Shown: positions 25,495 to 54,810 of the stretch, in pieces
Layout of the letters: the number at the start of each line of letters is the position of its first letter
Position numbering within the stretch: position 1 is the first letter of the stretch
DNA from: Mobula hypostoma
Lineage: Eukaryota
NCBI RefSeq assembly: GCF_963921235.1
Contig: NC_086109.1
Span: forward strand, 96,906,001 to 96,970,000
DNA: 64,000 nt
Direction of reading: 5' to 3'
Made by a program: the position numbers and the translations under genes
The notes under the pieces: generated by a model
The model's input: the letters and a program-made list of their open reading frames with translations, nothing else
What the model was told of the DNA's origin: nothing
Databases searched by the model: none

Positions 25495-28400
25495 ATATAG
25501 GGAGCAGAAGTAGGCCATTCGGCCCATCGTCTGCTCTGTCATTTAATTGTGGGCTGATCCAATTCTTCCAGTCATCCACACTCCCCTGCCTTCTCCCCAT
25601 GCCCTTTGATGCCCTGGCTAATCAAGAACCTATCTATCTCTGCCTTAAATGCACCCAATGATTGGCCTCCACAGCCACTCGTGGCAACAAATTCCACAGA
25701 TTTACCACCCTCTGACTAAAGTAATTTCTCCGCATCTCAGTTCTAAAAGGACGTCCTTCAATCCTGAAGTCATGCCCTCTTGTCCTAGAATCCCCTACCA
25801 TGGGAAATAACTTTGCCACATCTAATCTGTTCAGACCCTCTAACATTCAGAATGTTTCTATGAGATCTCCCCCTCATTCTCCTGAACTCCAGGGAATACA
25901 GCCCAAGAGCTGCCAGACATCCCTCATATAGTAACCCTTTCATTCCTGGAATCATTCTTACGAATCTTCTCTGAACCCTCTCCAATGTCAGTATATCCTT
26001 TCCAAAATAAGGAGCCGAAAACTGCACACAATACTCCAAGTGTGGTCTCACGAGTGGCTTATAGAGCCTCAACATCACATCCCTGCTCTTATATACCTCT
26101 AGAAATGAATGCCAACATTGTATTTGCCTTTTTCACAACCAACTCAGCCTGGAGGTTAACCTTAGGGTATCCTGCACAAGGACTCCCAAGTCCCTTTGCA
26201 TCTCCGCATTTTGAATTATCTCCTCATCTAAATAATAGTCTGGCTGTTTATTTCTTCCACCAAAGTACATGACCATACACTTTCCAACATTGTATTTCAT
26301 TTGCCACTTCTTTGCCCATTCCCCTAAACTATCTAAGTCTCTCTGCAGGCTCGCTGTTTCCTCAACACTACCCGCTCCTCCACCTATCTTTGTATCATCG
26401 GCAAATTTAGCCGCAAATCCATTAATCCCATCGTCCAAATCATTGACATACATCATAAAAAGCAGCGGTCCCAACACCAACCCCTGTGGAACTCCACTGG
26501 TAACTGGCAGCCAGCCAGGATAGGATCCCTTTATTCCCACTCTCTGTTTTCTGCCGACCAGCCAATGCTCCACCCATGCTAGTAACTTCCCTGTAATTGC
26601 ATGGGCTCTTATCTTGCTAAGCAGCCTCATATGCAGCACCTTGTCAAAGGCCTTCTGAAAATCCAAGTACACCACATCCACTGCATCTCCTTTGTCTATC
26701 CTACTTGTAATTTCCTCAAAGAACTACAGTAGGTTTGTCAGGAAGGATTTTCCTTTCAGGAAACCATGTTGGCTTTGGCCCATCTTGTCACGTGCCTCCA
26801 GGTATTGCGTAATCTCATCCCTAACAGTCGATTCCAGCAACTTCCCAACCACTGATGTCAGGCTAACAGGTCTATAGTTTCCTTTCTGCTGCCTCCCACC
26901 TTCTTAAATAGCAGAGTAACATTTGCAATTTTCCAGTCATCCGGTACAATGCCAGAATCTATCGATTTTTGAAAGATCATCAGTAATGCCTCTGCAATCT
27001 CTCCAGCTACTTCCTTCAGAACCTGAGGGTGCATTCCATCAGGTTTAGGAGATTTATCTGCCGTCAGGCCATTAAATTTCCTGAGCACCTTCTCAGTGGT
27101 AATTTACACTGCACAAACTTTACTTCCCTGACACTCTTGAATGTCTGGTATACTGCAGATGTCTTCCACTGTGAAGACTGATGCAAAATATACATTCAGT
27201 TCCTCTGCTATCTCTGCATCTCTCATTACAGCATCTCCAGCGTCACTTTGTATTGGTCCTATATCTACCCTCAACTCTCTTTTACCCCTCATTTACTTAA
27301 AGAAGCCTCTTCGTATCTTCTTTGATATTAGTCACCAGCTTCCTTTCATAATTCATCTTTTCCTTCCTAATGACCTTCTTAGTTTCTTTCTGCAATTTTT
27401 TAAAAGCTACCCAATCCTCTATCTTCCCACTAGCTCCGGCTTCCTTGTATGGCCTCTCTTTTGCTTTTACTTTGGCTCTGACTTCACTTGTCAGCCACAG
27501 TAGTGTCCTTCTTCCCTTTAAAAATTTCTTCTTATTTGGAATATCTCTGTCTTGCACTTCCCTCATTTTTTCACAAACTCCAGCTGTTACTGCTCTGCTG
27601 GCCTTCCTGCTAGTGTCCCTTTCCAGTCAACTTTGCCAGTTCCCCTCTCATGCTATTGTAATTTCCTTTATTCCACTGAAATACTGACACATTGGAACTT
27701 AGTTTCTCCTCAAATTTCAATGTGAACTGGATCATATTGTGATCACTGTTCCCTAAGTAACCTCGAATGCACGCAGCATAAGAAATAAAATGGACAATCT
27801 TGAAATTCAGCTACGGATTGGCAAGTATGACGTAATGGTATTCTCTGAAACCATTAAGGTTCCACTGTACGTTAAGCTCTCTTATTACCTCCGGATCATT
27901 GCACAACATCCAGTCCAGCACAGCCGATCCCCTAGTTGGCTCAACAACAAGCTGTTCTAAAAAGCCATCCCTTAGACAGTCTACAAATTCTCTCTTGAGG
28001 TCCAGTACTGGCCTGGTTTTCCCAATCCACTTTCATGTTGAAATCCCCAACGATTATCATGACATTGCCTTTCTGACACGACTTTTCTATCTCCTGCTGT
28101 AATTTGTAATCCACATCCCAGCTGCTGTTTGGAGGCCTGTATACAACTGTCATTAGGGTCCTTTTACCCTTGCCATTTCTTAACTCACCCCATAGAGACT
28201 CTACACCCTCCGATCTCTTTCTAATGATTTAATATTATTTCTTATACACAGAGTCACACCACCCCCTCTGCCTACTAACCTATCTTTCTGATACACCGTA
28301 TATCCTTGAATGTTCAGCTCCCAATGGCAGCCATCCTTTAGCCAAGTTTCAGAGATGGCCACGTCAGAATTGCCAATCTGTAGCTGAGTTTCAAGGTTGT

Positions 28401-29530
28401 CCATTTTATTTCTTATGCTGTGTGCATTCAAATATAACATTTTCAGTCCAGTATTTGTTGCATTCTGTTTTAACTGGACCACGCCTCTATTGTCCTGTAA
28501 CTCATCCCACTGGCTGTGATTAAGCCTTATCTCCTGCCTGTCCTTTCTATCATTTCGGTTGCACGCTATCTTTGATTTATTTCTGTTTTCCCCTTCCTCA
28601 GCCCCATCCCCCTGCCAAATTACTTTAAACCCTCCCTAACAGCTGAATTAAATGTGCCTGTTAGGATATTGGACCCCTTTGGGTCCAGGTGTAACCCATC
28701 CTTTTTGTACAGGTCGTACCTCCCCCAGAAGAGGCCCCGATGATCCAGCAACCCTACACCAGTCTCTCAGCCACACATTAATATGCCTGATCAGTCTATT
28801 CTCGTGCTTGTTAGCACATGGCACAGGCAGCAATCCTGAGATTACTACCCTGGAGGTCCTGCTTCTCAGCTTCCTACCCAACTCCCTGACTTCTCTCTTC
28901 AGGACCTCCTCCCTTTTTCTACCCATGTCATTGGTACCAACATGTAGCAAGATTTCTGTCTGTTCACCCTCTCCCTTCAGAATACTCTGCACCCGATCCG
29001 AGACATCCCGTACCCTGGCACCTGGGAGGAAACACACCATGTGGGTATCTCTAACAGGCTGACAGAATCTCCTGTCTGTTCCCCTCACAATGGAATCCCT
29101 AATGACTACTACATTCCTCATTTTCCTCTTTCCCTGCTGCACCACGGAACCAGGCTCAGTGCCAGAGACCCGATCGCCGTGATCGTCCTCTGTCAGGTCA
29201 CCCCCCCCCCCCCAAGAGCATCCAATATGAGATGACGATTACTGAGGGGGATGGTCACAGGGGTGCTTTCTACTATCTGTGCTCTTCCCTTCCCTGACCG
29301 TCACCCACTTATCTAACTCCTGCAGCCTCGGGGTGACTAACTCCCTGTAGCTCCTATCCATCTCCTGCTCACCTTCCCTAATAAGCTGTAGGTCATCGAA
29401 CCGCAGCTCCAAATCCCCAATGAGGTCTCTCAGGAGCTGCATCTCGGAGCACCTGGTTCAGATGTGGCCATCTGGGAGACTGGAAGATTCCCAGGATTCC
29501 CACATCTGACACCCAGAGCAAAGTACTAAC
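25495..29530 (-). mobile_element. Near full-length CR1 LINE (ORF1 SGNH esterase plus ORF2 APE endonuclease and RT), disrupted
   Basis: VVIRDSIVRGTDRRFC..LPGARVRDVSDRV..HVGTND; YLNAHSIRNK..ISETWL; YRPPNS..GDFN; DFQKAFDKV..GVPQG..KFADDTK; 3' tail at 25495. Confidence 0.93.
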
Positions 29531-30226
29531 CCTACAGACATGCTCTCTATTCCTCCAAAAAAATGCAAGGGGAAAAAAAATGAAGTCCACCTAGCCACCT
29601 ACCTCACCGAAGCCCGAATGAGCCAAAGCCCCACCACTCTGCCCCAGACCACTCCGTTGATGACCGTTCTGTCGATGACCGCTCCACGAGGCAGTGTCTC
29701 CCTTTTATGCCTGAACCTTCCCAGCTCTCCAACTGAAAGTCCATACCCATCAGACTGGACAAACAACCAATGTGCAAAAGACAACAAACTGTGCAAAGAC
29801 AAAGGAAAGAAAGAGAAAAGAAATACTAATAATAAATAAATAATGAGAAGATGAGATGAAGAATCATTGAATTTGACTCCCTAGGTTGTGGGAACAGTTC
29901 AGGGAAGTTGAATGAAGTTATCCCCACTAGTTCAGGAGCCTGAGGTGTTCCAATCCAGTGAATATACTCTCTACCAGACATCTACAGAAGTTTATTGAAG
30001 TTTTTGATGTCATGCTGAATCTTAACAAACTTCTGAAAAAAAGTAGAGGCACTGCCGTGCTTTTTTAATAATTGCACTTAAGGAACTTGGGACAGCTCCA
30101 CTGACCCAACTGGCCCAACCATAATCACAAACAACAGGAATTCTGCAGATGCTGGAAATTCAAGCAACACACATAAAAGTTGCTGGTGAACGCAGCAGGC
30201 CAGGCAGCATCTCTAGGAAGAGGTGC

Positions 30227-30262
30227 AGTCGACGTTTCAGGCCGAGACCCTTCGTCAGGACT
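30227..30262 (-). ncRNA. Minimal type I hammerhead ribozyme motif (antisense copy)
   Basis: Exact reverse complement of 30365-30400. Confidence 0.7.
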
Positions 30263-30364
30263 AACTGAACTCTTCCTTCAGTTAGTCCTGAATCTCCTCC
30301 TATCATTTTGGATCTCCCCCTCCCCCTCCAACTTTCAAATCCCTTACTCACTCTTCCTTCAGTT

Positions 30365-30400
30365 AGTCCTGACGAAGGGTCTCGGCCTGAAACGTCGACT
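30365..30400 (+). ncRNA. Minimal type I hammerhead ribozyme motif (PLE-type)
   Basis: AGTC-CTGACGA-A-GGGT(CTCG)GCCT-GAAAC-GTC/GACT: stem I AGTC:GACT, core CUGANGA and GAAA, GUC triplet, palindromic ACGT helix III. Confidence 0.7.
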
Positions 30401-30844
30401 GCACCTCTTCCTAGAGATGCTGCCTGGCCTGCTGCGTTCACCAGCAACTTTGATGTGCCTAACCATAATCACTACAGTTTAGTGACACTTTGATGACTTT
30501 GCACTGCAATGCACTTTTTTGTTCTAATTGTGTTCTGTCTTGTAGTAATTGTGCATAATTCATGCCTTTTTGGTGAATGCTGTTTATCTGATGCTCTGTG
30601 CTGCAAGTTTGTCATTGCACCTGTACAGACATAGCAAACTCATAGAACGTAGGACACTACAGCACAGTACAGGCCCTTCAGCCCATCATATTGTGCTGGT
30701 CTTTTACACCGCTCCATGATCAAACATGCATCCACCACTCTCTATATAAAATACTTAATTCTGACCTTCCCCCAAACTTTCCTCCAGTCAGCTGAAAATT
30801 ATCCCCGTTGTATTAGCCATTTGCACCCTGTGTGGAACTGCATC

Positions 30845-32090
30845 ATTGCACAACACCCGATCCAGCACAGCCAGACCCCTAGTGGGCTCAACAACAAACT
30901 CTTCTAAAAAACCATCCCACAAATTCTCTCTCGAGGTCCAGTACTGTCCTGGTTTCCCAATCCACTTTCATGTTGAAATCCCCAACGATTATCATGACAT
31001 TGTCTTTCTGACACGCCTTTTCTATCTCCTGCTGTAATTTGTACTCCACATCCCAGCTGCTGTTTGGAGGCCTGTATACAACTGCCAGTAGGGTCATTTT
31101 ACCCTTGCCATTTCTTAACTCACCCCATAGAGACTCTACACCCTCCGATTCTATGTCATCCCTTTCCAATGATTTAATATTATTTCTTATACACAGAGCC
31201 ACACCACCCACTCTGCCTACTAACCTATCTTTCCGATACACCGTATTATCCTTGGACGTTCAGCTCCCAATCACAGCCATCCTTTAGCCAAGTTTCAGAG
31301 ATGGTCACAATGTCATATTTGCCAATCTGTAGCTGAATTTCAAGGTCATTCATTTTATTCCTTATGCTGCGTGCATTCAAATACAACACACTCAGACAAG
31401 TATTTGTTCTTTCTGTTTTATCTGCACCACACCCCTGTAACTCATGCCACTGGCTGTGATTAAGCCTCATCTCCTGCCTGTTCTTTCTATCATCTCTGTT
31501 GCACACTATCTTTGATTTATTTCTGTTTTCACCTTTCCTCAGCCCCATCACTCTAGTTCCCATCCCCCTGCCAAATTAGTTTAAACCCTCCCTAACAGCT
31601 CTATTAAATGTGCCCGCTAGGATATTGGACCCCTTTGGGTTCAGGTGTAACCTGTCCTTCTTGTACAGGTCATACCTCCCCAGAAGAGGCCCCAGTGATC
31701 CAGGAATCTGAAGCCCTGCCCCCTACACCAGTCTCTCAGCCACACATTAATATGCCTGATCATGCTAGCACTAGCTAGCACGTGGCACAGGCAGCAATCC
31801 TGAGATTAATACCCAAGAGATCCTGCCTTTCAGCTTCCTACCCAACTCCCTGAATTTTCTCTTCAGGACCTCCTCCTTCTTTCTACCTATGTAATTGGTA
31901 CCAACGTGTAGCAAGATTTCAGGCTGTTCACCTTCTCTCTTCAGAATACCCTGCACCTGATCTGAGACATCCTGTACCCTGGCACCTGGGAGGCAACACA
32001 CCATGCGGGTATCTCTATCATTTGACAGAACCTCCTGTCTGTTCCCCTCACTATGGAATCCCCTATGACTACCGCATTCCTCATCTCCCA
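30845..32090 (-). mobile_element. CR1 LINE fragment (ORF1 esterase to APE endonuclease)
   Basis: VCCLPGARVQDVSDQV..HVGTN; YLNARSIRNK..ISETWL; YRPPNS..GDFN; close sibling of 27900-29150. Confidence 0.9.
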
Positions 32091-32279
32091 TCAATTACAC
32101 AGAATATCGTTCAGCTTTTCAGTTTAACCTCTATGTGCATTTTCCAATCCTCCACCTCCTTTCATAGTCAGCGTCACACTGGATGGAAACAGGCACTTCA
32201 GCTGGCCATAAAAACTAGAGCAGTACAACACAGGAACAGGGCATTTGGCCCACAGTGTTGTGCCAAACTCGTTAAATTA

Positions 32280-33225
32280 GACCATAAGACATAGGAGCAG
32301 AATTAGTCCATTTGGCCCATCAAGTCTGCTCCGCCATTTAATCATGTCTGATCCTTTCTCTCCTTCCTCTGCCCCACTCCCCAGCCTTCTCCCCGTAACC
32401 TTTGATGCTGTGTCCAATCAAAAACCTGTCGATCTCTTTCTGAAATACGGAGCTTGGGAGCCGAGGTGGTATGTCGAATTACCGGGCGAACGAGTGGTCT
32501 TTGGGGTACTGCAAGTCTGTGTCTTTATTGATGCTCTGATGCACGCTCGAGCGCTCGGTGGGGGCGCCGGTGCTGGTTTTGCTGGTGGGGGGGGAGCAGA
32601 GAGGTTTGTTGCTGCTGGGGGAGCTGGGGGTGGGGACTTTGTGGTTTCAACATTTAACTGTCATTCATTCTTTGGGGCACTCCTCTGTTTTCATGGATGT
32701 TTGCAAAGAAAATGAATTTCAGGATGTATTTTGTATATATTCCTCTGACATTAAATCTACCTGTTGAATACAACCTGGCCTCCAGAGCTGCCTGAGGTAA
32801 CAAATTCCACAAATTCACCAACCTCTGGCTAAAGAAATTTCTCAAAATCTGTTTTAAATGAACGCCCCTCTATCCTGAGGCTGTGCTGGCTTGTCCTAGA
32901 CTCCCCCACCATGGGAAACATCTTTCCACATCTACTCTGTCTCGGCCTTTCAACGTTCAGAAGGTTTCAATGAGAACCCCCTCATCCTTTTGATTTCCAG
33001 CTAATGCAAACCCAGAGCCAACAAATGTTCCTTGTATGATAACCCTTTCATTCCCAGAATCATCCTTGTGAACCTCCTCTGAACCCTCTCCAACGCCAGC
33101 ACACCTCTTCTCAGATGAGGGGCCCAAAACTGTTCACAATACTCAAGGTGAGGCCTCACCAGTGCCTTATAAATCCTCAGTATCACATCCCTGCTCTTGT
33201 ATTCTAGACCTTTTGAAATTATTGC
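32280..33225 (-). mobile_element. CR1 3' fragment interrupted by an unclassified ~330 bp repeat (about 32440-32770)
   Basis: LVRPHLEYCEQFWAPH..LERVQRRFTRM; RNFFSQRLVNLWN; 3' tail at 32285. Confidence 0.75.
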
Positions 33226-33504
33226 TAAATTACTTATCAAATGGCTAATTAAACTAATCACTTCTGTCTTCACAATGTCCATATCCTTCCATTTTCTTCA
33301 CATTCATGTACTGATCTAAATATTTCTGAAAAGGCCTGAATGTATTTGCCTTGACTACTGCCCCAGGCAGCAATTTCCAGATATCCACGAACATCATGTC
33401 CCCCATGAACCTATGTCCTCTCACCTTCAATGCATGCCTTCTGATATTAGACATTTCAATCCTGGTAAACAACTGTGACACGTAATGTTGTAAACCTCCA
33501 TCAG

Positions 33505-34625
33505 ATCGTTAGGAAGGTTCAATCGTTAGGCATTCATATCGAAGTGGTAAAATGGATTCAGCAGTGGCTGGATGGGAGACGCCAGAGAGTAGTGGTGGAT
33601 AACTGTGTGTCAGATTGGAGGATGGTGTGTAGCGGGATCTGTACTAGGTCCAATGTTGTTTGTAATATATATTAATGATCTGGATGACGGGGTGGTAAAT
33701 TGGATTAGTAAGTACGCAGATGATACTAAGATAGGTGGTGTTGTGGATGATGAGGTAGTTTTTTCAAAACTTGCAGAGAGATTTAGAAGAGTGGGCTGAA
33801 AGATGGCAGATGGAGTTTAATGCAGAAAAATGTGAGGTGCTACATTTTGGTAGAACTAATCAAAATAGGACATACATGGTAAATGGTAGGGCATTAAAGA
33901 ATGCTTTAGAACAGAGGGATTTAGGAATAACAGTGTATAGTTCCCTGAAGATGGAATCTCATGTGGATAGGGTGGTGAAGAAAGCTTTTGGTATGCTGGC
34001 CTTTATAAATCAGAGCATTGAGTATAGGAGTTGGGATGTAATGCTGAATTTGTATAAGGCATTGGTAAGGCCAAATCTGGAGTATTGTGTACAGTTCTGG
34101 TCACTGAATTATAGGAAAGATGTCAATAAAATTGAGAGAGTACAGAGGAGGTTTACTAAAATGTTGCCTGGGTTTCATTTCCTAAGTTACAGAGAAAGGT
34201 TGAATAAGTTAGGCCTTTATTCTTTGGAGCGTAGAAGGTTGAGGGGGGACTTGATAGAGGTGTTTAAAATTATGAGGGGAATAGATAGAGTTGACGTGGT
34301 TAGACTTTTTCCATTGAGAGTGGGAAAGATTCAAACAAGAGGACATGGGTTGAGAGTTAGAGGACAAAAGTTTAGGGGTAACATGAGGGGGAACTTCTTT
34401 ACTCAGAGAGTGGTGGCTGTGTGGAACGAGCTTCCAGCAGAAGTGGTTGAGGCAGGTTCGATGTTGTCGTTTAAAGTTAAATTGGATAGATATATGGACA
34501 GGAAAGGAATGGAGGGTTATGGGCTGAGTGCAGGTCGGTGGGACTAGGATAGGGTAAGAGTTCGGCACGGACTAGAAGGGCCGAGATGGCCTGTTTCCGT
34601 GCTGTAATTGTTATATGGTTATATA
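33505..34625 (+). mobile_element. Young CR1 LINE 3' part (RT C-terminus)
   Basis: KYADDTK; 258 aa ORF 33771..34547 WQMEFNAEKC..LVRPNLEYCVQFW..RRRLRGDLIEVFKI. Confidence 0.93.
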
Positions 34626-34734
34626 CCTTCCCACAGCCTCCGGCATTCCAGAGAAAACTACCCAAGTTTCTGCAGCCTTTCGTTATAGACCTGAACCTGG
34701 CAGATCCCCTAAACCTGGCACCATCAAATTCCAC

Positions 34735-36305
34735 CCCACCGTGACCACACTGACCATCAAATCTCCTGACCACCAAACCTCCACCCCACCGTGACCGCAC
34801 TGACCACCAAACCTCCAACCCACCGTGACCGCACTGACCATCAAACCTCCACCCCACCGTGACCGCACTGACCACCAAACCTCCAACCCACCGTGACCGC
34901 ACTAACCACCAAACCTCCAACCCACCGTGACCGCACTGACCATCAACCCTCCATCCCACAGTGACCGCACTGACCACCAAACCTCCAACCCACCGTGACC
35001 GCACTGACCACCAAACCTCCACCCCACCGTGACCGCACTGACCACCAAACCTCCAACCCACCGTGACCGCACTGACCACCAAACCTCCAACCCACCGTGA
35101 CCGCACTGACCATCAAACCTCCAACCCACCGTGACCGCACTGACCACCAAACCTCCAACCCACCGTGACCGCACTGACCACCAAACCTCAACCCACCGTG
35201 ACCGCACTGACCACCAAACCTCCAACCCACCGTGACCGCACTGACCACCAAACCTCCACCCCACCGTGACCGCACTGACCACCAAACCTCCATCCCACCG
35301 TGACCGCACTGACCATCAACCCTCCATCCCACCGTGACCGCACTGACCATCAACCCTCCATCCCACTGTGACCGCACTGACCATCAACCCTCCATCCCAC
35401 CGTGACCGCACTGACCACCAAACCTCCACCCCACCGTAACCGCACTGACCATCAACCCTCCATCCCACCGTGACCGCACTGACCACCAAACCCCAACCCA
35501 CCGTGACCGCACTGACCATCAAACCTCAACCCACCGTGACCGCACTGACCACCAAACCTCCATCCCACCGTGACCGCACTGACCACCAAACCTCCAACCC
35601 ACCGTGACCGCACTGACCACCAAACCTCAACCCACCGTGACCGCACTGACCATCAACCCTCCATCCCACCGTGACCACACTGACCATCAAACCTCCAACC
35701 CACCGTGACCGCACTGACCACCAAACCTCCAACCCACCGTGACCGCACTGACCACCAAACCTCCATCCCACCGTGACCGCACTGACCATCAACCCTCCAT
35801 CCCACCCGTGACCACACTGACCACCAAACCTCCACCCCACCGTGACCGCACTGACCACCAAACCTCCATCCCACCGTGACCACACTGACCACCAAACCTC
35901 CAACCCACCGTGACCGCACTGACCACCAAACCTCAACCCACCGTGACCGCACTGACCATCAACCCTCCATCCCACCGTGACCACACTGACCATCAAACCT
36001 CCAACCCACCGTGACCGCACTGACCACCAAACCTCCAACCCACCGTGACCGCACTGACCACCAAACCTCCATCCCACCGTGACCGCACTGACCATCAACC
36101 CTCCATCCCACCGTGACCACACTGACCACCAAACCTCCAACTCACCGTGACCGCACTGACCATCAACCCTCCATCCCACCATGACAGCACTGACCACCAA
36201 ACCTCCAACCCACCGTGACCGCACTGACCACCAAACCACCATCCCACCATGACAGCACTGACCATCAACCCTCCATCCCACGGTGACCACACTGACCATC
36301 AAACC
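34735..36305. repeat. 34 bp minisatellite, about 46 copies (caccgtgaccgcactgaccaccaaacctccaacc)
   Basis: Period 34 measured (34991, 35025); ends about 175 bp before the first SQOR coding exon. Confidence 0.95.
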
Positions 36306-36390
36306 TTCCCCCCACCACTGCAGCTACCCTTGTCTCGAACCCCCCACCAGACCAACCAGTTAGAACGCAGTGTAAGTACATCTGTAGTAA

Positions 36391-53120
<16,730 letters not shown>

Positions 53121-53382
53121 CCGGCCGTGGTGACCGCCAATTCGACACTTCGACGCACACCTTCTGATATAGAGACTTACCTTCCTTAGCGACAATCCAG
53201 AATTGTTACTGGAAACAACTGTGTCCTTGGCATTTCTGCAAAGATTTCAGTATCATGTCTACTCTCAGCGCAGGAACAAATACCCGACCCCTTTGTCTTC
53301 CATGCCTCCTGCCCAGACCGGGGCCTGGGAAAATGAGGCTAACATCACGACTCAGAATCCACCTCCACTATTCCCAGTACCG

Positions 53383-53718
53383 ACTCCCGTCAGGATAGGA
53401 ACTGTCTCCCTCATTCCCAATCCCAACTCCCATCAGGCTAACAACTGTCTCCCACACTCCCAATACCAACTCCCGTCAGGGTAGGAACTGTCTCCCTCAT
53501 TCCCAATCCCAACTCCCGTCAGGGTAGGAACTGTCTCCCTCATTCCCAATCCCAACTCCCGTCAGGGTAGGAACTGTCTCCCACATTCCCAATACCAACT
53601 CCCGTCAGGCTGAGAACTGTCTCCCACATTCCCAATACCAACTCCCGTCAGGCTGAGAACTGTCTCCCTCGTTCCCAATCCCAACTCCCGTCAGGCTGAG
53701 AACTGTCTCCCTCACTCC
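53383..53718 (+). repeat. 43 bp minisatellite, about 8 copies, inside the predicted SQOR 3' UTR
   Basis: actcccgtcagg at 53383, 53469, 53512, 53641, 53684 (period 43). Confidence 0.92.
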
Positions 53719-53768
53719 CTGTACATTGACTGCATCCTCTGACTTTGCTTAAACCATGCTGCTCCCTC

Positions 53769-53774
53769 AATAAA
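53769..53774 (+). terminator. Probable SQOR polyadenylation signal AATAAA
   Basis: First AATAAA after the stop codon; LINE debris begins about 45 bp later. Confidence 0.65.
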
Positions 53775-54810
53775 AACCATGAGCTCTATATGTGTGAGAC
53801 TGCTCTGTTCCAAGTCTGAGCCTCCTCCCTGATTGGAGTGGGACAAACAGTCCGTGGGCAGTGTGGGTGGGATCCTTCGTGATGTTACTGGCTCTTTTCC
53901 AGCACCTTTCTGTATGAGTGTCCTTAAAGGCGGCTGGGCTGGTGCTGGTAATTAATTGATTTTTCTGGTGATCTGAGCGTCTGTCTCTACCCTTGAGAAG
54001 GTGCTGGTGAACTGGCTGCTGCCTTCGTTCAGGTGAAGGTGCTCCCGCTGATGGAGAGGGATCTCCTGAATTGAAACGGCGCTTACAATGGCGTGTAGCA
54101 ACATCAAGGGCAAGTTCATTGTCACCTGCACAAGTCCAAGGCTGCACAGGGTCAATGAAAAACTTAGCTGCAGCAGCCTCACAGCTCCAGAGCGTCAGGT
54201 ACACAATGTTCACGTGAAAAGTGTAGAACTCACATTTTGGGAATACTATCAGGGCTGAGACGTACATGGTGAATGGTAGGTTCCTTTGGGTAGATGAGGT
54301 AAAGGATACCGGTGTTTCGTCGTCAGGCCGCAGAGTACAGGGGAGCACACTGCAACAGGTCAGACCTCAGCAGTAGCCCTGCTTGCAGTTCTGGTCACCA
54401 CACTATGAAGGAGGTAGTGCTGCCGGAGAGGCTCGGTGGAGTGGTTCAGTGATGTGGAGAGGCTGGGTCTGTTCCCCCCAGAGTGGAGGAAGGGGGTACA
54501 AGGGGACATGGCTGAGGTAAAACAATGGGGGCAATAGATAGGGTAGACAGGATGAAACTTTTTTTATCACAGGAAGACCAAACCGGTGTTAAAGTTATGG
54601 GAATTAAATTATAATTAAATTAATTATAATTATAATTAAAGTTATGGGAATTTTGGGGAGTTCTGAGAGGGACCTTTCTCACTTACAGAGGAAGGAAGTT
54701 GAGTCGCTGATAGGGTCCAGACACACAGACAATGGGCCAAGTGATGGAAATGTGGTGCTGTTATCTGACGCGAGGTGGCAGCACAGGGTGGCTGCAGCTA
54801 CACCTCCCTT

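Larger units (their letters stand above)
30129..30457. mobile_element. Fold-back Penelope-like insert with about 15 bp TSD and two hammerhead motifs
   Basis: About 100 bp near-perfect inverted arms (30170-30269 / 30358-30457); flanks cccaaccataatcac (30114) and cctaaccataatcac (30458). Confidence 0.8.

Noticed and set aside
34735-36305. CRISPR-like regular 34 bp arrays (also 48813-49558, 40270-40650)
   Set aside because: Head-to-tail repeats without unique spacers, no cas genes, eukaryotic context
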